A stretch of DNA of 64,000 nucleotides from Gammaproteobacteria bacterium (GTDB lineage Bacteria > Pseudomonadota > Gammaproteobacteria > SZUA-140): positions 2,061 through 66,060 of the forward strand of contig JAKISP010000001.1 in assembly GCA_021648525.1 (NCBI GenBank), written 5' to 3'. Below are positions 42,959 through 51,649 of this stretch, in pieces. A model generated the notes under the pieces. That model searched no databases and was not told the DNA's origin. It was given only the letters and a program-made list of their open reading frames with translations. Each line of letters opens with the position of its first letter. Within the stretch, counting starts at the first letter, position 1. A program made the translations under genes and the position numbers.

Positions 42959-44140
42959 ATGAAAAAGAGCAGCAATAAATTACACGGTAACTGGAATTAC
43001 CCCACCACCCTGTGGTTCGGCGCTGAGCGTATCACAGAGCTTGCCACCGCCTGCAAAACACTCAACATGCGCCACCCATTACTCGTCACTGACCCCGGCC
43101 TCAGTCGGCTGCCAATGGTGAGTGAGGCGCTCTCCTATAACAAAGCACAGGGCATTCCCACCGGGCTATTCAGTGATATTAAGCCCAATCCAAACGGCTT
43201 AAATATCGAGAATGGCATTAAGTATTACCGTCAAAATAAACATGACGGTGTCATCGCTTTTGGCGGCGGCAGTGCACTTGATGCAGGCAAGGCGATTGCG
43301 CTAATGAGTGGGCAGACACAGCCACTGTGGGCATTCGAAGATACCGGTGATAACTGGCAGCGTGTCGACAGTAACGGAATTGCCCCCATCATTGCAGTGC
43401 CCACCACCTCCGGCACAGGCTCAGAGGTAGGCCGAGCATCACTTATTGTCGATGAAGAAAAACATTGTAAAAAAATCATTTTTCATCCCAGAATGCTACC
43501 CAGCATTGTTATTGCCGACCCACAACTCACTACCGGACTACCCGCCAATATCACCGCCGCAACCGGCATGGATGCGCTTTCCCACAACCTTGAGGCATAC
43601 TGCGCCCCAGCCTACCACCCGATGGCAGATGGCATCGCACTGGAAGGAATGCGCCTGATCAAAGAGTGGCTCATCATTGCCTGCGAAGAGCCACAAAACA
43701 TTGAAGCGCGTAGCCAGATGATGATCGCATCCACCATGGGGGCAACCGCTTTTCAGAAAGGACTCGGTGCAATGCACGCCCTCGCCCACCCAATCGGGGC
43801 AATTTATGATGCACATCACGGCCTGCTCAATGCCATCCTGATGCCCTATGTCTTACTCAGGAACCGCCCTGCAATTGACACTCGCATGCGACACCTGGCA
43901 CGTTATCTCGAACTCGATGGTAACGACTTTGACGCGGTATTCGACTACATCATCACCTTACGCGCTCACATCGGTATTCCTGATGATTTGCGCAGCATTG
44001 GCATCGACGAGCACCGTATTGATGAGATCGCCACCCTGGCACTGCAGGACCCCTCCGCTGCTGGTAATCCTGTTCCACTGACTCAGGCGCAATATTCAAC
44101 ACTACTCAGCGACGCGATCAACGGCAACTTAAAGAATTAA
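42959..44140 (+). CDS. Iron-containing alcohol dehydrogenase
   Basis: GGGSALD, PTTSGTGSE, GMDALSHNLE, HALAH, HHGLLNA. Confidence 0.95.
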   Translation: MKKSSNKLHGNWNYPTTLWFGAERITELATACKTLNMRHPLLVTDPGLSRLPMVSEALSYNKAQGIPTGLFSDIKPNPNGLNIENGIKYYRQNKHDGVIAFGGGSALDAGKAIALMSGQTQPLWAFEDTGDNWQRVDSNGIAPIIAVPTTSGTGSEVGRASLIVDEEKHCKKIIFHPRMLPSIVIADPQLTTGLPANITAATGMDALSHNLEAYCAPAYHPMADGIALEGMRLIKEWLIIACEEPQNIEARSQMMIASTMGATAFQKGLGAMHALAHPIGAIYDAHHGLLNAILMPYVLLRNRPAIDTRMRHLARYLELDGNDFDAVFDYIITLRAHIGIPDDLRSIGIDEHRIDEIATLALQDPSAAGNPVPLTQAQYSTLLSDAINGNLKN

Positions 44141-44240
44141 GAAACCGCTGAATAAAGCCTGCTTTTCAGCATAAAACAAGGGTAATAGCGTTAAAAGAGC
44201 ACGCGCCATTACCTGCTGGTCGAATCTAAAGTGACTGCGT

Positions 44241-44267
44241 TATAGTTTTAAGAAAAATTGCCGATCA
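44241..44267 (+). promoter_or_regulatory. Sigma28 (FliA)-type promoter for the PilZ gene
   Basis: TATAGTTT-N11-GCCGATCA versus consensus TAAAGTTT-N11-GCCGATAA. Confidence 0.6.
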
Positions 44268-44304
44268 ATTCTATAGTCCATTCTATTTCTTAACACCTGA
44301 TAAC

Positions 44305-45210
44305 ATGCTGAAGATATTAAAATTTTTTTCCAAAAAGAGAGCAACAACCAGCCAATCAGCAAGCGTGCGCGTGGTACTGGACAGTGCCCGACTATGCCAA
44401 CTGCTGCCCTATTTTCCCATCGGAGCTAATCTCAGGTATTTTCCAGAATACAGGCAAGAAATAACTCTGGACTCCATCATTATTGCCTACTTAATAAATG
44501 ATGAGGTTATTTACTCAAACAATGATCTCTCCACTACAGATGATAACCATCATTTGATATTGAATGGCGCTATGGTTGATGAAATCAACAACTTTGCTTT
44601 TCTCATTCCTGCCGTCAGCCGCAACGAAACTGAGCTGGACTACGAACAAAAAGAAATACTGGAACAGAGCGGTGGCCTGGCAAAAGGCAATAGCATAACC
44701 TTAATCGGACAGCAAACCGACGGCAAGATCCCATTCATTGACACGCTGGTAACAAAACATACGCGCTTCAAAGAAGGGCATTTCAACAACACTCAAGTGG
44801 TTGCGCTCAATGTCGATCCAACGCTATTAGAACTGAAGGACCAACGAAGTCAAACAAGGTTAGCCGCAAAAATCCCTGCTCTGATACAGACAAAGCTCTA
44901 TAACGAGAAACATCAATGCACCCTTATCGATTTCTCAGAACACACGGTCAAAATCTGCTGTGATGATAATGAAATAATTTCGATAAGCTGCACGAAAGGT
45001 GAAATAATCACCCTCACATTCAACCTTCCCTCCAGTACCACACCTAAAGTCATGAAAGGCAGAGTACTTAAAATTGATGGCCCAGCACTGATTGCCGAAC
45101 TTGAAGAAATACTGGTTGACCAACGATTCAAGAAGCTCACCACCCTCGATATTTTAGAGATTAAAACCAAATTACTTCAGCAACCACTAACATCAACTAA
45201 CACGACATAA
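44305..45210 (+). CDS. PilZ-domain protein (putative c-di-GMP receptor)
   Basis: QRSQTR (RxxxR) and DFSEHT (degenerate DxSxxG) in the C-terminal domain. Confidence 0.7.
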   Translation: MLKILKFFSKKRATTSQSASVRVVLDSARLCQLLPYFPIGANLRYFPEYRQEITLDSIIIAYLINDEVIYSNNDLSTTDDNHHLILNGAMVDEINNFAFLIPAVSRNETELDYEQKEILEQSGGLAKGNSITLIGQQTDGKIPFIDTLVTKHTRFKEGHFNNTQVVALNVDPTLLELKDQRSQTRLAAKIPALIQTKLYNEKHQCTLIDFSEHTVKICCDDNEIISISCTKGEIITLTFNLPSSTTPKVMKGRVLKIDGPALIAELEEILVDQRFKKLTTLDILEIKTKLLQQPLTSTNTT

Positions 45211-45275
45211 ACAACTCATTTAGCCCCGTAAATGCCATCACAACGAGTGATCACACGCGCATCAAAGTCGCCTGT

Positions 45276-45824
45276 TTATCTACCAATAAAATTGCACTGC
45301 TCATCATCGGTTAAGGTGACATTGCTCTGCTCCAGTTTCAATAAGCGTTTTTTTGTTGTCAACCCGCCAGCATAACCAACCAATCGCCCGTCACTTCCAA
45401 TTATGCGATGGCAAGGTATAATTAATCCGATAGAATTTGCACCATTAGCAGCAGCTACTGCTCGAACAGACTTCTGATTATTGATGTTTTTTGCCAATTG
45501 CAGATAGGTTGATGTAACGCCATAAGGAACTTTCATCAATGCGCACCAGACTTTTTTCTGGAAATCAGTTCCTACTGTTAAAAGTGGAATATCAAATTTT
45601 TGTCTATCACCACTAAGATACTCGCCGAGTTGATTCCTTGTTTTTTCCAACACCTCATGATCCTGCTCAACATACTCGGCATTCAGTCCTTTTTTTATCC
45701 TGTTATCTACGGTTATTCTCATTCTTCTATGTTTAAAATCAAGAAGACACAATTGATGCTGAAATGAACCCAGTATCATTTCACCAACCCTGGATTTGTA
45801 ATGTTGTATGTTAATTTGATTCAT
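45276..45824 (-). CDS. Methylated-DNA-protein cysteine S-methyltransferase (accessory copy)
   Basis: GTDFQKKVW, RAVAAANGAN, IPCHR, GYAGG; ATGA overlap with the upstream gene. Confidence 0.93.
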   Translation of the reverse strand: MNQINIQHYKSRVGEMILGSFQHQLCLLDFKHRRMRITVDNRIKKGLNAEYVEQDHEVLEKTRNQLGEYLSGDRQKFDIPLLTVGTDFQKKVWCALMKVPYGVTSTYLQLAKNINNQKSVRAVAAANGANSIGLIIPCHRIIGSDGRLVGYAGGLTTKKRLLKLEQSNVTLTDDEQCNFIGR

Positions 45825-46600
45825 CTTTCTGTGAATAGACAGCAAAATGATTGCGTGTCTTTAATCTCCGTCAAAATGGCTTTTAGGTTATCATTCGTTT
45901 TGCTGTATACAAATGGCCCCATGCTTATTCTCTTTACCCCAATTCGCTCAAGAATCGAAAAATCTGGCAAATTGGACACTGCCATGACATTCACCGGCAG
46001 AGACACGCTATCGACAAGACACTTGATTTCATTTTCATCTGAAATACAAGGGATGAATATTCCATCGGCTCCCGCTTCTTCGTAAAGCTTTGCTCGTGAC
46101 ATTGACTGGTTTAAAGCATTATCAAGGCCGATGACATAAGGATCCGTTCGAATATTTAAAAAAATATTTATATTTTTTTCGAGAAAATATTGTTTTATCG
46201 ATTTAATTGTTTCAACGAAAATTGTTGAATCGACCAGATTTCTATTACCATCTTCGACGATAGAATCTTCTAGATTAACACCAACCACACCCAACTGACT
46301 TAACAGGACAATATTCTCTATTATTTTGCTATTTTTCCTGCTGTATCCTGCTTCAATATCAACTGTTAGTGGGATAGTGATTTTCGATACAATAGATTGA
46401 ACGACAGAATAAAGTTCATCAAAAGATATCTGTTCACCATCTTCATACCCTAGTGAACTAGCAATTGCAGCACTTGAGGTACCCAATGCTTTAAAGCCCA
46501 TTTTTTCAAACATTAACGCACTTTGTACATCCCACACGTTACCAATCAATAATGACTGTTTTTTCTGGTGTGATAAATTAAACGCCTGGAAGTGACTCAT
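45821..46600 (-). CDS. Isocitrate lyase/PEP mutase superfamily protein
   Basis: NVWD, TSSAAIA, GYEDGE, DIEAGY, NLED, NIRTD, AGADGIF, PVNVM. Confidence 0.9.
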   Translation of the reverse strand: MSHFQAFNLSHQKKQSLLIGNVWDVQSALMFEKMGFKALGTSSAAIASSLGYEDGEQISFDELYSVVQSIVSKITIPLTVDIEAGYSRKNSKIIENIVLLSQLGVVGVNLEDSIVEDGNRNLVDSTIFVETIKSIKQYFLEKNINIFLNIRTDPYVIGLDNALNQSMSRAKLYEEAGADGIFIPCISDENEIKCLVDSVSLPVNVMAVSNLPDFSILERIGVKRISMGPFVYSKTNDNLKAILTEIKDTQSFCCLFTER

Positions 46601-46603
46601 TAT

Positions 46604-46634
46604 TAATCTCCTTTACTATTGTGAAAGGAGATTA
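46604..46634 (-). promoter_or_regulatory. Perfect 11-bp inverted repeat occluding the SD of the PEP-mutase-like gene
   Basis: Minus strand TAATCTCCTTT-N9-AAAGGAGATTA-ata-ATG. Confidence 0.6.
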
Positions 46635-46705
46635 TAAATAATTCACTAACGCTATTCATTCACTTAGATTCATTTTTTAATTTTCTCAATGTTTGCGGTG
46701 CTACC

Positions 46706-47218
46706 TCAGGGCGTGTTGTTATGCGCATTTTCACTTCTGGCCCACGAACTGATAATTTCACTGGTTAATTGAAACTTACCGAAATCATATTGAAAAAGCG
46801 CCTCCCTTGAAACAACCTTTATCTCAGCTATTTCTGTACTGAGAGATAACGCCCCTTTAGCCTCAAGATGATAGGCAATTATAAGCTGATTGTTTTTCGG
46901 GAATTTAAAATGACCAATAAATTTGAGCGACATACAGGCATAACCAAGCTCTTCCTTTAATTCTCTTGAAATTGACTCTTCTGGCGTTTCATTTTTTTCC
47001 ATAAAGCCCGTTATGACAGAAAACACCTCTTTCGGCCATTCTGAGTTTCTCGCTAGCACATAATTATTACCCAACTGGACTAGACCAGCCACTACCGGAA
47101 CTGGATTGTTCCAATTGACGAAATCACACCCGTCAGATACACACACATTTTTATAGGCACCATCTATTTCTTGTTTTATAAGTTGACTAGCGCAGTTCGG
47201 GCAAAATTTCATGGCCAA
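46706..47218 (-). CDS. NUDIX hydrolase with N-terminal zinc ribbon (NudC-like)
   Basis: FCPNC...C...C, NPVPVV, GFMEKNETPEESISRELKEELG Nudix box. Confidence 0.92.
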   Translation of the reverse strand: MAMKFCPNCASQLIKQEIDGAYKNVCVSDGCDFVNWNNPVPVVAGLVQLGNNYVLARNSEWPKEVFSVITGFMEKNETPEESISRELKEELGYACMSLKFIGHFKFPKNNQLIIAYHLEAKGALSLSTEIAEIKVVSREALFQYDFGKFQLTSEIISSWARSENAHNNTP

Positions 47219-47219
47219 A

Positions 47220-47603
47220 TTACACGTTTAATTTGTAGTTCAATTTGGCTTCATCCCCAGTAATACCCCTGAACCCCCAACAGTGTGCAGGCTGTTCTTT
47301 GATTGTTATTTCAACATCGACTGGCGATATACCTATTTCACTCTCAACCCTCTGGAATATCTCTTTAATCAATGCCTTCTGAGTTTCATGCTCCCGACCG
47401 GTCATCATGTTTATTTCAATCACGGTATATGCATCGCTACGCCCACCAGGGTAGTAGAAATCTTCCTTGTCCAGAGGAATAAATCGATGAGCCCTTTTAT
47501 CTTCTGGCATTCCGAGAACAGACTGCATACAACCATGTATCACATCTGATAGCTTAGCTTTAACCGGATTCAATCTTTCTTTAATGCCATATACTACGAT
47601 CAT
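47220..47603 (-). CDS. Tautomerase-family protein
   Basis: LSDVIH...PEDKRAHRF...EINMMTGR...DVEITIKE.P..WGFRG; AAGGA RBS. Confidence 0.85.
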   Translation of the reverse strand: MIVVYGIKERLNPVKAKLSDVIHGCMQSVLGMPEDKRAHRFIPLDKEDFYYPGGRSDAYTVIEINMMTGREHETQKALIKEIFQRVESEIGISPVDVEITIKEQPAHCWGFRGITGDEAKLNYKLNV

Positions 47604-47618
47604 AACTATTCCTTAAAC

Positions 47619-47714
47619 GCATATCGCCAGCATCACCAGCGGCAAAAAGTAGAGCGGTGAGGAACGAGGAGGTTCCCTACGTAAAATGTGCCAACAAGGA
47701 CTTAGTTGTTATGC
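47619..47714 (-). mobile_element. Degenerate integron attC-like site
   Basis: Minus strand begins GCATAAC (core-like TAAC) and ends ...CTTTTTGCCGCTGGTGATGCTGGC-GATATGC (one change from GTTATGC), directly before the RBS and ATG of the tautomerase. Confidence 0.55.
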
Positions 47715-47777
47715 TTGAATAAGTAATCATACTTGCAGTTTGCATACGTGTCTGGCACCAGGTATCAACAATGAAAA

Positions 47778-48461
47778 TCAATCTATACTATTGAGTCTCC
47801 AGCCTATTTCTACCGGCCTGCCCTTATCTGGCCTGCTCAGTATTAGCAAATCTACATGCTTGCCATGAGCATTTCGAGCGTACCATTCAGATTGAATAAG
47901 TAAGTCTTCAAATCCATCGCTAGTGAAATCACCACGTGCCAGCAGCGTTAAATAGACCTCATCCGCCTTTGTAAGTAATTTGAAGATATTTTCTTTCTCA
48001 AGCGTAATTTGAATGCTGGCGTCATAAAATTTAATTGACAGATCTTGCCTTTTGATAGTATCAGCTTTGCTCAATAGCGGCGTTATAGCGGCTGGTAACT
48101 GGTAGATGAAATTTGTGTTCAGTTTGGACGGGAAGTTATTTGTGTGTGCAGTACTAGCTGTAGAATATTTATCTATAGCTTTACACGATACCAGAAGAAG
48201 CTTAAAACGGAAGTAGTCGTAGTCGACTATTTTTGAAATATCGATACCATTAGCCTGTTTGCAGCTAGTAATGACAAGCTTTCCACCTTCTATTGACTGG
48301 TATTCGTAGTTGGATAGAGCAGGCTGACTAATATCCAACTGGCTTACAAAGCTAAATCCAGGAAATTGTTCCTGGTATAGTTTTGCATCAATCATAGTAC
48401 TGCTAGTTGAGCATGCCTGAAGAAAAGCAAAGGACAGAAAAATAATGAATAATTTTCTCAT
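47778..48461 (-). CDS. Hypothetical lipoprotein (candidate immunity/inhibitor of the adjacent lysozyme)
   Basis: MRKLFIIFLSFAFLQAC lipobox; starts 5 nt after the lysozyme stop. Confidence 0.75.
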   Translation of the reverse strand: MRKLFIIFLSFAFLQACSTSSTMIDAKLYQEQFPGFSFVSQLDISQPALSNYEYQSIEGGKLVITSCKQANGIDISKIVDYDYFRFKLLLVSCKAIDKYSTASTAHTNNFPSKLNTNFIYQLPAAITPLLSKADTIKRQDLSIKFYDASIQITLEKENIFKLLTKADEVYLTLLARGDFTSDGFEDLLIQSEWYARNAHGKHVDLLILSRPDKGRPVEIGWRLNSID

Positions 48462-48466
48462 CGTGT

Positions 48467-49096
48467 TTAGGGCGTAGAAGGAGTTGGTTTGGCTGCAACA
48501 GGTATGGTATTGAGCAATTGTTTAACATACTGGTTTCGTGCAGTATTAACATCGGGGCGGTTGGACTCAGTAGCCGCTTTTTTCCAATCACCCGCTTTTA
48601 AAGCTTTATTGAAGCTGGGAAAGCTACCAGTAATCTTCGTAGCACCAAGGTTGAATATCATATCGAACAGCGCTAACTGTACGTTTTTGTGCAGTTTGTC
48701 GAAGTCATCAGGGTAGCCATTAGATTTTTTATAAATGTTAGTTAGCTCAGTGTAAAAGCTATTAATGTGTTTATCCCTTTGTGTATTAATGTCACTGTCT
48801 TTCATAACTAGCGTGGTATGAGACTTGAAACTACTTGCACCATATCGCTGGCCATAGGGTAGTTTGGAGATTTTATCGTATTCAGCCTGCTTCTCAGTAA
48901 GATTTGCCAGTAGAAAGGGAAACTTGTTTTTTAATTTATATAGCGCAACAGTCGCTATAGCATTCCGGTTGGGTATGAGATGACCTATACCAATGGTAAC
49001 TTTGCCTTTGGTATCCAGATAAAGATGACTAAAACGCCCTTCATATTGCTCAATTTTCTTCACAAGCTCCGATTTAATATTGACAGCTAGTGACAT
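48467..49096 (-). CDS. T4-type (GH24-like) lysozyme
   Basis: EGRFSHLYLDTKGKVTIGIGHLI reproduces the T4 E-x8-D-x5-T triad; LFDMIFNLG, F..F.KAL..GDW..AA.ES; GAGGGG RBS before ATG 49096. Confidence 0.85.
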   Translation of the reverse strand: MSLAVNIKSELVKKIEQYEGRFSHLYLDTKGKVTIGIGHLIPNRNAIATVALYKLKNKFPFLLANLTEKQAEYDKISKLPYGQRYGASSFKSHTTLVMKDSDINTQRDKHINSFYTELTNIYKKSNGYPDDFDKLHKNVQLALFDMIFNLGATKITGSFPSFNKALKAGDWKKAATESNRPDVNTARNQYVKQLLNTIPVAAKPTPSTP

Positions 49097-49260
49097 AAAT
49101 ACCCCCTCTAAAAAAATTATCATGTGTATATTAACTGATCTTAACTTCTAAGGACACCATGGATGTGACTGTAAGTTTGTAGATGATTGGTGGGGACGCA
49201 CGGTGCTCTGTACTATGCCTTTGCTCCTGGTCATCCTGGCCGACTCATTACCCAGGGGCG

Positions 49261-49472
49261 CACCGTGGAAAACAATTCACATCCTAATAAACCTTGCTGA
49301 TCACATACCAACAATACCTGTTCGAAAACAGATTTGATATCCTCTAGCTTACTGCTAATGAATTGGAGTACGCAAAAAGAATGACTTTTAATATCCTAAG
49401 GTCATAAGCAGGACGACCATTAAAATCGTTTTTATAACGTGGATAAAAAACACTCAGATCAAGGTTATTTTC
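49261..49472 (-). pseudogene. IS1182-family transposase remnant (internally deleted, frameshifted)
   Basis: Minus-strand fragments LDLSVFYPRYKNDFNGRPAYDLRILKVILFAYS and FISSKLEDIKSVFEQVLLVCDQQGLLGCELF resemble the N-terminal region of IS1182 transposases (recognition from memory). Confidence 0.7.
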
Positions 49473-49656
49473 ACATGAATATCAAAATAAGAATATTTAA
49501 CGTGCCTGAGCGTAATTGATCTTCCAGGCTCAAGGCCAACAATAGGTCTTGACAGTAGTTCGTGCGCATTTATTGCTTTTGTCAGGAAAATTAAAAAATC
49601 CCGCAACAAGAGTTTACGGGGTCTAAGTTAATAAACTGTAAAAAAGCTATCAAGGA

Positions 49657-50357
49657 TTAGAAAATACTTCGAGCAATATCTATAAACTGCTTAATTGATT
49701 TTTGCGTTTTTAAAGCACGATTTGTACTCAGAGTGAATATTTTCTGATCAGTTGCCCAGGTTAGCTCACTAAGACCTTTTTCACTTCGGCTCTGTTTTAC
49801 ACTTAAAATTGCAGGGAAACCATTAACATCCTGATTTATAGCCTCTTCAATGAAAGCCACACCGCCTTCCGACACTAGAAAATCAAGTTCCTCAAGCCCA
49901 ATAAGCCCGAATTTTTTGACCACAAAAACCCGATTTAACCCCGTCCAGCCCTCTTCTGTATGCCCACCACTTGCAGATGCTCCTAATAAAGTTGCTTGCC
50001 CAAGTACTGATGCGTCCAGGCTTGCCGGTATTATCGTCAGCACGGAAGATATATCTGCCATGGATTTTAATTGTCTCTCTTTATTTTCGTTTGCCTTATC
50101 TAAATAAGACACAGCATCTTCTGTTACATCTATAAAACCTTTTTCCTTTATTTGTGTGAATTCCAGTTTCGCTTGTGTTTTAAGCACATCAGGAACAGAA
50201 TGTTGTTCCAATGGCAATATCGTTATACCCATTGAAACGGCAGGTTCTACTGCACCTCCCGGTGCGGCATGTGAAGCATAGAAAGGAAAGCTAATAGCAA
50301 CTATTCCACAGGCCGTTGTTAAAAAAACTTTTTTGTAAATTTATTAACACGCTTCAT
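49657..50357 (-). pseudogene. Secreted hypothetical protein frameshifted in a T7 homopolymer of the signal peptide
   Basis: GAGGA RBS + ATG 50357 reads MKRVNKFTKKFF*; one extra T at 50321-50327 restores FFLTTACGIVAISFPFYASHA-APGG in frame with ORF 49657-50232. Confidence 0.75.
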
Positions 50358-50660
50358 GATCGTTGTCCTCTTAATTGGTTTTTGAATGTATTTATATTGC
50401 CAGTGCATTGGATTGCAACCTGTGGCACTCGTGCTCCCTAACAGGTACCGACCTGCGCTAGAGGACCAACACTAATGTTTTCCAGACATATAAAAGCCAC
50501 CAATTAGACCTTCATTCCAATGTATGGCGGCGGCACTCCATTTATGATATTAGAGAAGAAATACAGAATAAACCGTTCAATTTAACAACAATATTTCCTT
50601 AACTATTCAACCCCTCCCTATGCGAAAATTCTAGCGTATTCTATGGATGTTACCACCGCT

Positions 50661-50692
50661 TTCAGCTTGATTTCAGTTTCATTCGCTATGCT
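50661..50692 (+). promoter_or_regulatory. OmpR-family direct-repeat box and -10 for the cytochrome b/PepSY/TCS operon
   Basis: TTCAG-N6-TTCAG (50661-50676) followed by TATGCT (50687-50692). Confidence 0.6.
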
Positions 50693-50721
50693 ATTTTTCA
50701 ATTTGAATGAGCAGGAGATTA

Positions 50722-51291
50722 ATGATGCACAATACCAATGAGATCAACGTGTGGGATCGCTTTGTCAGAAGCTTTCACTGGAGCCTGGTGGTCACTTTTA
50801 CGGTCTGCTATCTCACTGAAGACGATTTCATGGACATACATGTCTGGAGTGGCTATGCCATTATGGTACTGCTGGCACTACGCTTTGTGTGGGGCTTTAT
50901 CGGTACTGAGCATGCGCGCTTCTCTGATTTCGTATATCGACCTTCAATGGTGTGGGCCTACACCCGGGATGTGTTATTGCTGCGTGCCAAACGTTATATT
51001 GGCCATAACCCTGCCGGTGGCGCGATGATCATACTGTTTTTTATTAGTCTGATCCTGGCAACCGTGTCAGGCATTGTGTTGTACGGAGCAGATGAACATG
51101 CTGGCCCACTCGCCTCGATGATGAGTGGTGTAAGCGAATCAACCGAAGAAATTCTAGAAGAGGTACATGAATTTTTTGCCAACTTCACTGTCCTGCTTGT
51201 TGTGGTTCATCTTGGCGGGGTATTGTTTGAAAGCTTGCTACATCGTGAAAATTTGATAAGAGCGATGATCAATGGCCGTAAAAAGGCGTAA
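50722..51291 (+). CDS. Cytochrome b/b6 (Ni-hydrogenase cytb-like) membrane protein
   Basis: VWD..VRSFHW, HVWSGY, R.VWGFIG..HARF, GHNPAG, EVHE, HLGGV, ENLIRAMI.G.K. Confidence 0.9.
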   Translation: MMHNTNEINVWDRFVRSFHWSLVVTFTVCYLTEDDFMDIHVWSGYAIMVLLALRFVWGFIGTEHARFSDFVYRPSMVWAYTRDVLLLRAKRYIGHNPAGGAMIILFFISLILATVSGIVLYGADEHAGPLASMMSGVSESTEEILEEVHEFFANFTVLLVVVHLGGVLFESLLHRENLIRAMINGRKKA

Positions 51292-51316
51292 GATAGCGAT
51301 AACAGGAGTAGTAACC

Positions 51317-51637
51317 ATGAAGGCCAATATTACAAAAGTGATTCAACGATCGATTCTATTACTCATCACTACTCTGCTCGTTAACGTTGGTGCATTCGCC
51401 GATAGCGACCATAATGAAGCACGCAAATTAAAAGAGGCTGGTAAAATATTGCCCCTGGAGCAGATCATTGCCAGCGCACGCCAACAACACAGCGGGCATA
51501 TTCTGGAGATAGAACTTGAGCATGAGGACGGACGCTATATCTATGAACTAGAGATACTGGATGATAACGGCACCGTCTGGGAACTTGAATATGATGCCAA
51601 AAGCGGCAAGCTCATTAAGCAAGAAATAGATGACTAG
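51317..51637 (+). CDS. Periplasmic PepSY-domain protein
   Basis: Signal peptide; GKILPLEQI, ILEIELE, YELEI, DAKSGKLI; AGGAG RBS. Confidence 0.9.
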   Translation: MKANITKVIQRSILLLITTLLVNVGAFADSDHNEARKLKEAGKILPLEQIIASARQQHSGHILEIELEHEDGRYIYELEILDDNGTVWELEYDAKSGKLIKQEIDD

Positions 51638-51649
51638 GGGCGCCCACTC

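Noticed and set aside
48467..49096. Lysozyme as evidence of a prophage
   Set aside because: No holin, spanin, structural, terminase or integrase genes nearby
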